DNA of 64,000 nucleotides from Octopus vulgaris (lineage: Eukaryota): NCBI GenBank assembly GCA_951406725.2, contig OX597823.1, positions 72,726,001 through 72,790,000 of the forward strand, given 5' to 3'. A model generated the notes under the pieces. It did not search any database. It saw only the letters and a list, made by a program, of their open reading frames with translations, and had not been told where the DNA came from. Position 1 is the first letter of the stretch. Each line of letters opens with the position of its first letter. A program made the position numbers and the translations under genes. Positions 11,601 to 26,887 of this stretch are shown piece after piece.

Positions 11601-14600
11601 GATATTTTGACATGCGTCACAATTAATTATTTTGAAAATTTATCTTGGTTATCTAAATTTTTCCGTATATATCTACACGCATTTTGTGCTTAATCAAAGG
11701 CTCTCCTAGTGTGCTAAAAAATTCGTATTTAGCAATAAATCAGAGAGAAGTGTAGTTACCAATTCTACTCACATTTTACGGCAATCTTTCATGTTTCAAT
11801 TAATTTATTTTAAATTCATTAATACGAAAATCTCTCACTCACTTTTCAAACACCTGGACGTGTATATTAGATGGTTAACGTCAAGACTTAATCAATTTGG
11901 CACATTTGCTTTTCAATTTAAATTCTTTTGACACTTCAGTATTACACGATCAATTTCATGTAATTTTCTTCATTATTTAACATGGAAAAGAAATACACTA
12001 CTAATTTTTCCAAAATATAATTAAGGATAGTCTTTATTAATATGAACCATGCTAAAATTTTTAAATGGTATTTTTCTTTTTTCAAAGCGCAGTATGTTGC
12101 AAAAGCAATTTATAAGATTGACAAACGAGAGGAATAGAGTAAGGTTGGAGATTAACAGAAACAAACGGAATGATATCAGTGTGGTTAAAATAATGAAATA
12201 TCAACTAAATCTACCGCCAATGCTCAAAACGCACACTACTAAGGCATTTATATCGTATCCCACATTGTCCACTCGAATCGTACCGATTCAGATACTCCAT
12301 TTGATCTGTTACTAATACGCCAGTCAGTTAACCTCTGTTTCAATATTGGACAACTATGAGACTGTGGCATATCTGACCGTATACGTTATTAATCATTTTG
12401 TGTTGAAATTTGGACTTTAATTATACATAACAGTAGACTTTGAAATTTAGAAATATATCAGAAACTATTTGAAATAAAGTTCACTTCATGCTAAGAGAAT
12501 ATTGCATTCGAAACGGTAATGAATACCTCATTGTAAACTAACAAGAAAAGAAACATTCAGCATCTTAGTTTTATAAATGGTAAAATAATATTATTTTCTT
12601 GGGTGATTCATTTCTTTGTATTGTTTGCTTTGAAAAATAAGAGGAAGTACCTGCCTTTGCTCAGTATTGAGTTCTGTCAAATGGATTTTGTTTTGATCCA
12701 TGTAATAAATGACCTGAAATTCATCAAGTTATCAGAATTACATTGACAGAAGGCAACCAAACGCACAAGGCATTATAAACGATGACATTTTTTGAGATGA
12801 ATAGAATCTGTTAGGTTTTCGTCCGTAGTCTCTGTCAGGCCTAATCCAGAAAGTATAAAGTTGGTCAATGACAAGTGTCTAGTATAAAATCATCGGTACT
12901 ATGAGGTGTGGTGCCGATGAAGTTGGTAATGATCAGTTCCTTATATAAAATGTATCTCCATAAATGAAATATCTGTTTTATAGTACTAGGTGGACAGTAA
13001 AACAGAATGAATATGAAAACGTTTCATTTGTACTTTATATCAGTTGCTGCCATTCACAAATGTTTGAACAACCCAATGGTAAAAGTTGTTTCAAAGTTTT
13101 TCACAGAGTGCATTTCGGATCTCACAATACAAAAGTGTGTGCAATTTTAAAGAATGTGGAGTGTAGTCTGTGTGAAATTTATCTACTGCTTCATCCAGTA
13201 TGTATAAAATCTCGCGCGATAATTAGTATGATATGGCTTTTAAGTTTTCAAGATGGTCAGTGCAGAGATTGGACACCTGAACTAAACAGAAATACAACTA
13301 TTGTTCGTCCATACTTGTAGTGTTGTGCAATTATATAGGTTATTGCCAGTTCAAAATTTCAATGCTCCTACAGTCATTTGATATGAATACGCATCAAATA
13401 TTTGAATGACTGATCAGAAAATAGATTCATTAGTGTATTGTGTCATCTGTTTATATAATCATATAAGAGAATAACATAACAGAAAGGACGCCAAAGTTTG
13501 TTAGCTAGCTACTCACTCCGGAGCGGATGGTGTCATCCAGTTCGACAAAAGAAACCTGCCTATATGCTTGCATTTACAAAAATCTCGAATCTGAAATGAA
13601 ATTGCGTGATAGAATTCTTGGGCCTACGTATTGCATGCATCTCTTTTATCCATCTGCATATGGCGTAGATTCTCAACTACGTAGATTCTCCCCGATTCTC
13701 AACTTGATTTTATGTGGTATGTATTTGGTTTTCAGGTGTCATACTCTACCTCTTTTTTGTTATATTACTCAGCATCAGCAATATTAGTTATGGTTTCTAC
13801 AGTGAAAGAGGACGAAGATCTTGGTTTTTGTTACCTCACGTCTCTTTCTTCTTGTTCTGACTTTTGTATCAACCTTATGAACTGAGCCAGAAAGATTGTT
13901 TAGTGATACATCGAATGTTATTTAAATCTGACAATTTAATGAAGTTTTGTAAGTTTGTATATCAAGTGATACATACATACATACATACATACTCTACAAT
14001 TTCTTCAGTGACATGGACGAAGCTTCCAGTTCATCCGATAAGTAGAACAGCCTGAACTCAGCCTGAAGTCAGGAGATGTGAATACGAACGACGGTAAATA
14101 CGAGCGATTATTGTTTCCATACGGTCGTTTCTTAACCTTTAATATGAACTATGCAAAATTATACGTTTCTTTACATTCGTATACCTGATCCGTAAACAGA
14201 GAAATTCACGAATTGATGTAAATAGAGATAGCTAACCCAGTAAAATATACACCAGAATATTATGGGTACATCTACGATTCAGTGTGAGACAAAGTATGTG
14301 TGTAAGACAAACACTATATATATATATATACACATATATATTATGCTCGTGTGTGTGTATGTAGGCATAAATACATGTTCATCTATATACATGTATATCT
14401 ATGTTTACGTACTTATGTGCGCACGTTTCTGTCTGTTTGTGCGCGTGTTTTGTCCATAGGATGTACTTGTGCGCAAATCTGAGTGTGTGAGTGTGGGGGA
14501 GGTGTATGTGCGTGCTCACAGATTATATAAATCATGTGATCAACTTCAAACGATATTAATGAAAAATCTTCAATAATATAGCTTATCGGAAATAAAATGA

Positions 14601-15635
14601 TTTCTGCTTCCGATGACTTACCTAAATGGAAGAAGATAACACCCGTTGCGAATATTCACACACACACACATCATATATATATATATATATATATATGCAG
14701 TCATATTTGATGATACGAGGTAAGGAAATCATTGAACACACACTCTACTACTGCTGCTACTATTCCGAATCCTGTGAATATTCACGGTGTTTACAAGAAA
14801 GACAACATTAGCTAAACATAAGAACCATGCTGAGCATAACTATACTTTAGTAGGTCAAATATTTTTACCGCCAGGCACTGCCGATCTATGCGAGATATGT
14901 TACAATGCCAAAATGTTACATATACCACTGATAGGTAAATTTGAACAAAACAGTCATTTATGAAGCAACAAACGAAACCTAATTGACTAATTGGAGGTGT
15001 TCGGAATTCTGCTATATTATCGTTGGATCAATATCCTCTAAGATCATATAATACTGCTCCAAATATATATCTTCTTGTATTGGCTTTGGAACAGAGATAT
15101 GCACTTCAAATTTCAATGCTTCACTTAATGTAATGTAAGTTTAGTTGAAAATAACATATACACTTGCCAGACCCAAGAAACAATATGGAGGGGATATACA
15201 ATTTGTAACAGAAATTGATTGTTCAAGAAAATGTTTATCCACATTTATGTTATATAAATCTTATAGTAACATGAAATATAGAACAAAGTTGAGAAACACT
15301 ATCTCATGTTAGTTGAAGAATGGAATGAGGACTTCGTCTAAGGAGAAAGGAATATGTTTTCAATAGAGAACTAGGTTATTACATTGTTAAAAATCTTCTT
15401 GCAACATAAACTAGAACAGTGACGTGCTATAAATTCGTGTGTGTGTGTGTTCGTGTGCGTGCGTGTATGTGTGCGTGTGCGCGTGTGCGCGTGTGTTTGT
15501 GCACATATGACTATACAACAGGAATGGGGATTCAAAAAGTCATACAGAGTTCAAGGTAAGTTATCTGTCGGGTGTCCAGATATTAAAGATAAACGGTATA
15601 TGAGATAGGAGAGAAAGAGAGGGAGACAGAGAGAG

Positions 15636-15666
<31 letters not shown>

Positions 15667-15911
15667 TAATTATATACGTATACATCCATTATATATGTAT
15701 ATGAGCTTGTGTTTATGTACATGTATACATGTTTATGTACATGATACGCACATAAACAAGCGCACATTTATGTTCAGAGAGACCAAAATCCACGGTGGCC
15801 TCGGTACAAAATAATATGTATTACAACATATCGAATTATTGTATTTACAAGTACTTTCAGCCTAATCAAAGTTACTTTAAGACCCTCTCATTTTACCGTT
15901 CGTCAGAAACT

Positions 15912-16311
15912 ACTTTTACTCTTCTTTTAATTGATTGCCTTTAGACTGCGGCCATGATGGGGGCACCGCCTTGAAGACAGTCGAACAAATCGACCCCAGT
16001 ATTAATTTGCTATAAGCCTGGTACATACTCTGTCAGTGTCCTTTTATCGAACCCTTAAGTTACGGAGACGTAAACACGCCTGTAGCGGTTGTCGCGGACA
16101 TAAACACACGCACACATTCACACGCATATATATACACACACATATATATACGACAGTTTCTTCCAGTTTCCATCTTCCAAATCTACGCACAAAGCATGGT
16201 CAGCTCACGGGTACCGTAGAGAACACTTGATTAATGTTCCACTCAGTGAGACTGACCCCGGAACCATCAGTTTGGGAAGAAAATTTTTTACCAAACAGCT
16301 ACGCCTGCGCC
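15912..16311 (-). mobile_element. tRNA-derived SINE family A, near full length, diverged
   Basis: The minus-strand head ggcgcaggcgtagctgtttggtaa..ggttccggggtcagtctc has Pol III A/B-like boxes. It has an internal CA/TA tract and a 3' end ggcggtgcccccatcatggccgcag. Confidence 0.85.
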
Positions 16312-17745
16312 TGTGATATACTAACATATCTAATAGTTTGTAAGAACAGCAAAAATTTTGTTCCTAACGTTTTTCAGCATAGGGAAGATTCCAAATAATC
16401 GAAGCTAATTTGACTAGAAAACATTTAATAATAATGATTATAGAACGAATAAATGCCATGGTTTGTGCATGTGTATGTATTTCTATATGATAGTAACGAT
16501 TTCAACGACATTTTATTTCTCTATATTTCAATCTTACATTGATTTTATGCACGTCATATTCAATTAAAACCATTTATTCGTTCTATCGTGCTAAATTGTA
16601 ACCTATTTCATGCAAATTTCTCTGACGCATTTTAATTCGTCCTGAAAGCTTTCTGAAATAATTAATGTGGCGTCGAAAAATTTGAGGTATTTTTACTGAT
16701 ATATCACACAACAGAGCGAAAGCATATCTTATTGCTAGAAAATATAACACACACGTATATATATACAACAAGAGATACTGGATGGCCAAATATAGAGTAG
16801 CATTTTCCAACGTATTCTTTTACAACTGGAATTATATCCAGTTTAACATCAACAACAACAACATCTGTAAAGTTATCATTTACCATGTATTGCCGTGAGC
16901 CAGTTATTATTCATATTTGTTAAGAAAACTTTTTGTCATCATTTCTAAGATGTTTCTGCTAAGCTAGATGATACGCTTATGCTTAAAACGGGTCAAACAA
17001 TAGATGTTCATTAACATTTAGGTTTCTGACGTTCTCTAACACAAAGTATGACAATTTGAAATCTGGTGCGTTAAACCCCATTTCTTTTTCTCAAAGTTTC
17101 TGTGAAATATTATTAGATTGAAGCGAATAGTTTTTTTGACGACATCTTAAATATTACAGTACCTGAAAGTGGCATTCTGAGAGGAGCAGTACAAGATCTG
17201 TTAATGACGCATAGGTCTCTATTTGACAGTTTAGATTGACAAACATTAGTGGTGACTTACACCTAAAGTGGTGCCTTATGCGATGTGAGTATTTTATGTT
17301 AGCTGAGAATTATATTGATTTTAAATCCATTGAAAAATCTAATTTTGGTGTGCCAAATAAAGAGTTAGTTGTAAAAATTAAGCCATTTGGTGATGACTTT
17401 AGTTATTAAGAACTATAATAATTACGACCAGCATTGTATACCACTTTATATTCCAACTGCTGCATCTTTTTATGAGAATGTGAAGAAAGACGTAAATGTC
17501 AGCTAATATTTGTATTAACATTGAATTACAATTTACGTAATGTGCCATCGGTAAACGATTCTCGGTATATACGTTATTCTTCACAAAAAATTGTATATAG
17601 TCGATGGTAAACTAGACGTGGGATTGAAATACATCCGTTCAACAAATACAGTAGTTTATCTCCGAATGAGAATTCTTGAGAGAACAACTTTTTATCTGTA
17701 AACCAATGCATTACAGAGAAGCAGGTGAAAATACTGATCTGAATC

Positions 17746-17846
<101 letters not shown>

Positions 17847-20623
17847 GCATATGCAGTGGAGACCTACAGACTATTCCATTGAATCATTGGCTTAAGCAAC
17901 AGATTGAATGCCTTGAACACGTGCACATATACATGCAAATGCATACCAGATACAGATGTATTGATACAACTGTACAAATATAGAAGAAGGAATACAGCCT
18001 ATCGAAGTAGACAGGTTAGAATACATGAATATATTGAAGCATTACTGAAGCATGCAATAATCATTTGTAATAATGCAATATACTTATATACAATACAGAG
18101 TAAAATTCTATTGGTCCGGAATCGAGTTCGCCGTTAATCCCGATGATCCAGCAATTTTATTTCTCCGTGCAATGCTCCCCTCAAATGCTGTCGCTAGACG
18201 CCGAAGTTACTCCTTAATGTACACATTTATTTTTAGAAGAACAGGCCCACCAAACAACACATTCGTATATGCCTGTATTTATAGGTTGCCACTTCTTTAG
18301 TGAAAGTATCTTGTATGTTAATAATAACAATTTATTTGTGGAATGGTATTAGAATAAGTCTGGTGGCAAGCAAAAGGTGAGATAATACACGTGGAAGGGA
18401 TAAAAGGTGTACTGTGTGTAAAAATGAAAACTCTCTATGATATTAAGAAATAGAAAGATATGTTAATTTAATTCATGGCTAAAAGAGATGATGAGTGGCA
18501 AATCTGAAAAAGAGAAATTAGAAAATTCGGAACTGCATGCTGTTTATATTTGCGTGATCTAGCGGAGGGCGATTCGAAAGGATGCTGGTTTCATGACCAT
18601 TGATGATTAACAGCTAAGAGATATGTTCATCGCGTGAAATAGCTTTCATTTAAAAAAAAAAAAAGTTTTTTTAAGTCTAAGCTATGACATGGCATACACC
18701 ATACTTCCTTTCGCCAGAAAGGAATTCGGTAAATGTTTAGATTACGGTAAAATATATTTAGAGAAATGATAACCTGCTTCAAAGTCATGATTTCTTTGTT
18801 ATCTTCAAGTCATTATTGCTAACGCACAGATACTATATAGTGTACGTGTGTTTATACACACACACACACACATACACACACACACACATATATATATGTA
18901 TAAGTAATCGACAGAAAGTGGTACTAAACACATTTTAATCAGATATTGTAAGACAAGCTCGAGACGGCTTCTAGATGTTAGGAATAACAGCTTAGGTCGT
19001 TTTGTTTCTTCTCCTGCCTACGTGCTCGGGCAGTGTGAGCATGCAGTTGTCGCCACTTTTGTGGCAGACTGTGGTGAAGTGCACAACTACATCATTTCAT
19101 TGTATTTGAAACAGCACACGGCCGTGTGGGGTAATGTCACGGGTTAATAGCTCAGCCGTCATTCAATGGTGTGTGTTAGCTCCTTAACGGCTGCATATCT
19201 TCAATTACACTCTTCCCCTTCAAAAATATTTTCCTTAATGTTGAGTATCTTCTGGGGTTGCTGAAATTATTGTTTGCATGGAGTCAGTAAGAGGTAAAAT
19301 AGATTGAGATATTACGGTTAAAATCTATATTAGTAACACCGAGTGAAAAACAAACAGAATAGTCAGAGACAAAATAAAAAGAATTCCTTGGTGATTTTGC
19401 ACAAAGAACACATTTTCGTCAAGCAGTTGTATGTATATTCGAAACGACATGGAATCATGGGAACTGCAAAGAACATATGAAGCTTATTGGACAGACTCAG
19501 AGAAGCTTTCGTATAAGATGTGTTTCCATTGTTGGCGTAACTATAGTTATGAGTTTTATTCAAATATTCTGCAAATAAATATAGGAAAAAGCTTATGCAT
19601 TTCACACGTGATGGTAAAAATGCCGCATATCGGTAGTTATTTGCATCAACCATTACTCATCATATAGAGAAGCTAAAATAATGCTCGTAAAGGAATCAAT
19701 TGTAGCATTAAAGGTGATACATTATGCACCTTTTGTGCGTGTTGCTGATGGGAGAATATCCAAGGTTTGTCAAAATCAATTATCTGCCTGTTTGATAGCT
19801 ATTTCCTTTGGGAATGTCTAGAACTGGATAAGCGAAGTAAAAGAGGCCGCATGGGAGAGATAAATAGAGATCATTTGTGAGGCGGAACTTTAGGCATTGG
19901 GAATTGCTAAATTCGTTCGATAGTATCAGTTACAGTTTTAAAAAATACGCTCTAGTTTGTATAGGTAATCTATTCAAGATTGAATTGCTGTAAAGCCATT
20001 GAATATTTATTGCCTATAAGGTGTTGTAATATTTTATATATCGGTAAAAGTTGTATATCGTATCGGAATGATTTGGAAGGGAGACATGAAAATAGTTAAT
20101 GATGCAGTAAAATTGAGAACAGTATATATATATCAATAAAAACCGATCACTTCAGCTCGTAATTTTAATAGAGCATTTGACAAATTCAAGACGTAAATAT
20201 GGTTTGTGTGCAGGCACCCATTCCGAATCAATACCAATAGATTTGTATATCAGACGTTTCTAGTATTCATTATTATTATGTTGTGCGTTATATATTTTCG
20301 TAGAGTGCCCTGGATTTTGAGCAGCAAAACAAATTGAAAACCGTACTAATTTAGCCTTCAAATTGAAAATCTTCTTGGTGCTATGATACAGTAGGTTTTG
20401 AAAAGAACACAGAATTCTCTAAATGGCTTTTCTTTTAAGTGACATTTCAAAAATGTATCAAATGATCAATTTTTCTTTTGTGTACTTACGACTGGTTAAA
20501 TGTTGAATCTTGTTCTCTGTGAATAAATATCGCGCTGATATAAGTAACATTTTACTGGTAAAGTTCAGGTGCATCTTTCTCATACGTGCACAGATGTATA
20601 CATGCATGCATACACGCACGCAC

Positions 20624-20685
<62 letters not shown>

Positions 20686-22879
20686 ACTAATATGTAAACT
20701 TGTGTTTATCTTAATTTTCTCATATGCGCATATATATTAATTATTTTTAAATAAGTCTGCTGGATATTTGCGACATCAGTGCCTGAAATAACTGAAATTT
20801 TGTGTAACGTGGACGACGGAATGCGTCTGTTATCTCGCTATCGATCGTCTGACACTAGTGAATACGAGGGGTTCCAAATCACGTGGCCTGACAGTAACGG
20901 ATCCCGTACCAGACGAGTTTGCGATTGTTATAAATATGAGTGCTATCGTGACCCATGCGTCCATCTAAGAGGTCCTCTTGAAGATAAATAACGCAGCATG
21001 TGGTGTTCTAACGTAACATCCACGTTGAGATAGATATACAGATTATCCTTTTGTATTAATACTGCTTATATGGTAATTAAGAAGCACACATACACAAACA
21101 CGCATTCGCACACACGCACGCACACATATAGTGAGAGAGAGAAGAGGGGTCAGAGAGAGAGATATACACATATACATACATGCTTGCATGGATGCATACA
21201 TACATACATGCACGCATACATAAATAGGTACGTACGTTAATACATAGATACATACGTGCACGCACGCATGCATGCATAAATACATACATACCTACATACT
21301 TTCATACATACATAAATACGTGCGTGTATATACCTGTGTTTGTGCATGTACATCTAAGTAATTCTAACGGATAAAATCCAGGATATACATGAAGAAAATA
21401 ACTTTGAGAAATTAAGGCACACTTCATTCATTGCTCCACTTTTACTCGATCAATTTTATCAAATACATCCTATTAGAATTTCCCCTGAAGATTTTATTAT
21501 TCCGCGTCTATTAAACAGACATTAATGATCTGATATAATCGTAAGCAACTCCAGTACCAGTAATCAATAGCAATAACATTTTCGAAACTTTTAAGCACAC
21601 CAATAGAAAGAATTTATTTACATTACTTGCTTTTTTTTGAGTGTGTAACATCACATATGATGATGAGATTAACACAACTCAAGTTCTGATCAACTAAATG
21701 CATATAATGTTGATTATCAACATTCCGAATAGGAAATTAAAGTTATAATTTTTCCTATTTTGATTCACTCCGTGTTTTTAATTTATAATTTTTCATTAGA
21801 TTTACAAAGAATTTTAATTTCACATCAATCCCATGATATCCATCTTCAGTAGCAATTACTTTTCTTCTGTTTCACATTTTATATGAAATTTACTCACTAC
21901 AGTAAATTATACACCTTTCCATTATTTGATAGAAAAAATTATGCAAGATTAAGGTCAACCTATTCATTAATACACCTTCTTTAAATTTCATGTCGCTACA
22001 TCATTTTAATTTCCCTTTTATGTGTGTTTGTTCATTTTATAATGAAAGACTTATACTGAAAACTACTTGAACTCTACTTGATTCCATTAGCTGACTCTTT
22101 GTACCATTACCCATTGCAATTGTTTTATAGTCCTTGATTAAACACTAATTGCATGTAATCCTTCATTGTTTTCTACTGAAATAATACGAAAAATGGAAAT
22201 TGCCATTGAATTTATGACATGAACCTGACTTATTCGCTCGTCTATTAGAATAAATCGCAAGCCAGTAATTTGTAACCAAATCGATTTTATAAATATAAAA
22301 TTTAATCGTTATTTGTTATTGGAACATAATTAAAAGGATATCTATAATTTACAATTTCATTTGTCTCCCATAATTAATAATTTAATTATAATGTTCAAAA
22401 TTAAGTCTGCAGTATGTCATAAATGTATTAATAATCGCAAAAACATCTTGGTCGATAATGCACTGGAGAATCAGCTGAAAGCGCAACGGTCCGTATTTGC
22501 ACAAACCTCTTGTACTTATGGACAAAAGAGGTAGAACTAAAACTATGAGTCAGATTGGTTACATGGAGGTACCTACAAGCATAATCATCCATCGCTAAAA
22601 GAAATTGTACCCTAGAATTGACCACTGATTTCTGTATTGTTAGGAGGCTGGCCTTGAGTTTAATTTTCGTCACGCAGGCAAGTTTCGTTTTGAGAACAGA
22701 AATTTGTTTACCACCATTTTACAGATATGCTCCGTAAATAAATGTTATGGACATAAAATAATTAATCTTAATTAAATAGCAGATGTGTTGAGAAACAGAA
22801 TTATATTCTCAGAATGATTTCATTGTGTATACTTGCCAGCGATGAAGTTGATGTGAACACCTCTAGCAGTATCTTGCTT

Positions 22880-22960
22880 TTTATGTTCACAACCTGCCAA
22901 AGCTGACTTTGCATTTCGTGTTTCAGTGGTCGATAAATTAAGTAAGACCTAGGATGATAG
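22880..22960 (+). mobile_element. SINE family B core fragment, degenerate
   Basis: gttcacaacctgccaaagctgactttgcatttcgtgtttcagtggtcgataaattaagta resembles the core at 55330-55390. Confidence 0.55.
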
Positions 22961-24517
22961 GTTAGATGAAATTTCTGACTTGGAACATTTGGAGTTATTT
23001 ATTGTGGTATGTCTCGCCTCACCGCTCTCTAACTTCAAAGTTGATATATTTGAAAATCATTTGACCCCATAGCAGATTAACCTCTGTTGGAAAAGTCCGT
23101 GTCTGATCTTTGGTTTAAGGATACATTCTTCTCTCTCTCTCTCTCATCAGTCACGAACGTCGTCTAAGGTGGTGTGACTAATGCATTTCATTGTGAATAA
23201 TCAATAAAAAAGAATGGTATTGACTGGCATTTTATGTCAAGGTATTTGCATTATAAAGAACTAATCATATATGTCTTCAGAAAAGTGAAGGTATACATAA
23301 TTATATCGTTGCAATATATTCTGAAAATTGTGATGACCCGAGGCAAATTTCTGAATACAAAACTTATGCCGATGTGATATAAGTAAGTTAACCACTCCAG
23401 CCGGGGTTAAGTTCTACATATTGAAAATATTTAAACTATTAATTCACTTGATATAAATATCTGCTCATTAATGTAAGTGGGTTCTTCCGATACAGTCGTA
23501 GCTGAGATTTCAGAACATATTCAAAATATTGTGTTCTATCAAACATATTAAAAATGCAAGACAATGGTAATATAACATTTAAACAATAAAGAATAGTTAG
23601 TTATTTATACATTGTATCATAATCTATCTATATTACTTTTTCCTATGATCATTCTTTTTCATACAAGACAAATGCTTCTTTTATTGATGAACGAGTAGAT
23701 AATTGTCTGTTTCCCATCTTTTCTCTCCCTTCTACACATTTTCTCTTTCTCTCTCTCTCTCTCTCTCTCAAAACACTCCCGCAACCATTCTCAGATATAA
23801 ATGTGCACATATTATTTAGAAAGAGCGATGAGAGATAAATGGAAGGAAAGAGGGCGAGAGAGAGACGGTGGCAGAGACAGACGGAAAGATAAATAGATAG
23901 GCACAAACAACGTAAATTTATTGACATTGAGAAATAGATAATACTTAGACCTAAATATCAATAATCGTGAAGCAAGTTTGACTGACTTCGTGAGATAATC
24001 AATTCCTACCAGCCCAGTAAATACGTCTACCGTGTAGCGGAAGTGCACAAAGGATTGTTATTACAAGAGAATTTGTAAACATAACTAATATCAACATTGG
24101 CATTGTTTAACAGTTTATATAGAAAATAGTACATTGATTTCCAGGTAAATTTCTTCATAGGTTTATTGTTGTTACTTTGAAAAACATTTCATTCTTTACA
24201 ATAATGATGACTCAAGAAAAGAAAAATGAAAAGAGGGGGAAAAAAACGACAATTCTTTCTTTGCAATTCGGCATAACGTAGCAGGAGGAATTCCAGCATC
24301 TTATTGATTACATAGTTAGGTACGGTGTTGCACCAATTTTATTAGAGTAGCAATTCTCCCTTGACATTTACGACTCAGTGTTGTAAAGATTATAATCAAT
24401 TTTACAAATAAACTTATAATTCAGAATCGAAGCTAGAGTATATATTCGTCCTAGGAGGCTTACAGCTACACCACGTTCCTTGTTCACACACATACATACA
24501 AATGTTTATATACGTAT

Positions 24518-24734
24518 ACTCTTTTTACTCTTTTAGTTGTTTCAGTCATTTGACAGCGGCCATGCTGCAGCACCGCCTATAGTCGAGCAAATCAACCCCA
24601 AGACTTATTCTTTGTAAACCTAGTACTTATTCTATTACACTCTTTTGCCGAACCGCTAAGTTACGGGAACTTAAACACACCAGCATCTGTTGACAAGCGA
24701 TGACAAACACTGACACATAAACACACACACACAC

Positions 24735-24782
<48 letters not shown>

Positions 24783-24941
24783 GACGGGCTTTCAGTTTCG
24801 GTCTACCAAATCCACTCACAAGGCATTGGTCGTCCCGACGTTATAGTAGAAGACACTTACCTAAGGTGCCGCGCAGTGGGACCGAACCCGGAACCATGTG
24901 GTCGTGAAGCAAGCTACTTACCACACAGTCACTCCTGCGGC
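24518..24941 (-). mobile_element. tRNA-derived SINE family A, full length
   Basis: The minus-strand head gccgcaggagtgactgtgtggtaagtagc..ggttccgggttcggtcccactg contains A and B boxes. It has an internal (TA)n/(TG)n tract and a 3' end ggcggtgctgcagcatggccgctgtcaaatgactgaaac followed by a (aaagagt)-type tail. Confidence 0.9.
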
Positions 24942-25326
24942 TATGTATATATACATACGTATGTATATACACACATGTATATATACATAGGCACACACAT
25001 ATACATGTCTAAATACACACAGACACACACACTCACGAACACATGTGTATGGGAATATATAAGGGAGATATATATGTATAAATCTGTGTTCTGTGTTTGT
25101 AAGTGTGCTGTGTGCGTGTAGTTAAGCTGATCCCTTGAGTTTGCTCTGCGTGTAACCGCTTCTTCAGATATGTCGCGTTGAGCAAAGATAAGAAAATAAA
25201 ACATAATATCTAACCAATTGGGGAATAAGTACGGAAAAAATGTGCATAGTATCAGTGATAGTAGCAAAAATGAAACTAATTTCAGTAATTACATTGAAAA
25301 CGTGCGATGATGATGATTTACACACA

Positions 25327-25405
<79 letters not shown>

Positions 25406-25408
<3 letters not shown>

Positions 25409-26115
25409 TCCAGGCCAAGTTTCAATAATACTCCCCATCAAAGTTGACAGTGGGTATATATACGTCATTATAAGCATTCCAACACGTAACATAAGAAAAC
25501 ATTTATAATCACAAAATAGCGTAATTCCAACACGTAACATATGAAAACATGTATAATCACACAATAGTGTAATTCCGTACCCAAATCAAACTCGGATAAA
25601 TGATATGTGTAAATACATATAGATAAATTATGTAATCCAAGCTGATGATATAACAGATCACAATAATCTAAAAAGGGAAGTCCTCAAATGAATCTAATAA
25701 ACAGAGAAAGACGTAGGCCCGTTTCCAGGAATGTGTGAAGAAGTTTGTAGGTAAGACTTTTGAACTTCTGTTATCCACTTTTCATTCATTAGAGAATATG
25801 TACAGGCTTTGAGCTTTTAAGCAAAATCGTAAAATTATTCCTGGGATTGTAAACATATGTTCAAGAATACACAGTAATTATATACAAGTATAAAACATTC
25901 ATAGATTCCAGGATTTCGTGTCGTTGGGAGAATGTTCATGTTGAAAAACTACTAAGACTTGATTTGGGTACGGATTTAAACTATTATATGTTTATATATA
26001 TATATATATGTTTTTTGCATGTTATGTCTTCGCATGCTTATAATGACTTATATATGCCCTCTATGTTTAGACATGCGTCGGCTTTGATGAGGGGTATTAC
26101 TGAACCGTGGATCTT
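25406..26115. mobile_element. Fold-back element with PLE pLTR-like arms (family FB-B) next to (TA)n
   Basis: Inverted arms at ~25412-25590 and ~25957-26110, e.g. tccgtacccaaatcaa / ttgatttgggtacgga and gtcattataagcat / atgcttataatgac. The left arm carries a 48-bp tandem duplication starting at 25476 and 25524. Confidence 0.65.
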
Positions 26116-26798
26116 GTCTCTTACAAATTAATACTTTGATCTAATCGCTCAATAAATTGATCTCTACGCTGTTGTTTCCTGAAAAGAATTCCCCTCTATA
26201 AATTTTCATTACTCACATGCACACATATATATATTAAGATGCATTAAGACAGTAATCAGAACCTAATTAAATGCTTCTTTTATTTCGATATAGCATTTTA
26301 AAACCAAGAGGTAATGTCCATCGTCATACCATGATAAGTTTTAAAAGTAACGTGCTAGAAAGGACCGGATGTTTGGTAGAAGGAAACAATTATGGATAAA
26401 TCTGTTGAACTCTATTGATAATTTGATAGATTTGATAAACGGAAACATAGACACCAAAAGATTTCTACGAATAATTAGCACAATTAAAACTTCATTGCAC
26501 ATAGTGAAATTAACTCGACTCAACCAAAGGCACGAATTTCGATTATTATGTTACAGTGCGATGTAATGAAAGCTGTCACCAAGGGATTATTATTTAATTA
26601 AAATGTTCCTCTGATTTCGGAATTATTTCTTAATCTTACGTAAAAGAAATCGGGAATGATTTCAAGCAATTCAGAAATTCTCAACCTAACTTCATTGATT
26701 TAAAAGAACGTGTCTCTACGTGGGAGCTGCCTTTGCAACCATACTTACACACGCACACACATACATTTAAATATGTCGATATTCGTATTCATATATAC

Positions 26799-26854
<56 letters not shown>

Positions 26855-26887
26855 CAGATATGTATATTATATATATATATATACGTA

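Noticed and set aside
12700-13450. Possible old LINE RT (GFRP.., DMAF..) overlapping the 118-aa ORF
   Set aside because: Only two weak words match, which is not enough to support either a TE call or a gene.
19000-19700. Possible transposase (AHTARA) and CR1 RT (KRHGIMG) words
   Set aside because: These are isolated short matches that could arise by chance.
25476-25576. CRISPR-like repeat (attccaacacgtaacata.gaaaacat, 48-bp period)
   Set aside because: There are only two units, the supposed spacers are themselves near-identical, there are no cas genes and the context is eukaryotic. It is a simple tandem duplication.
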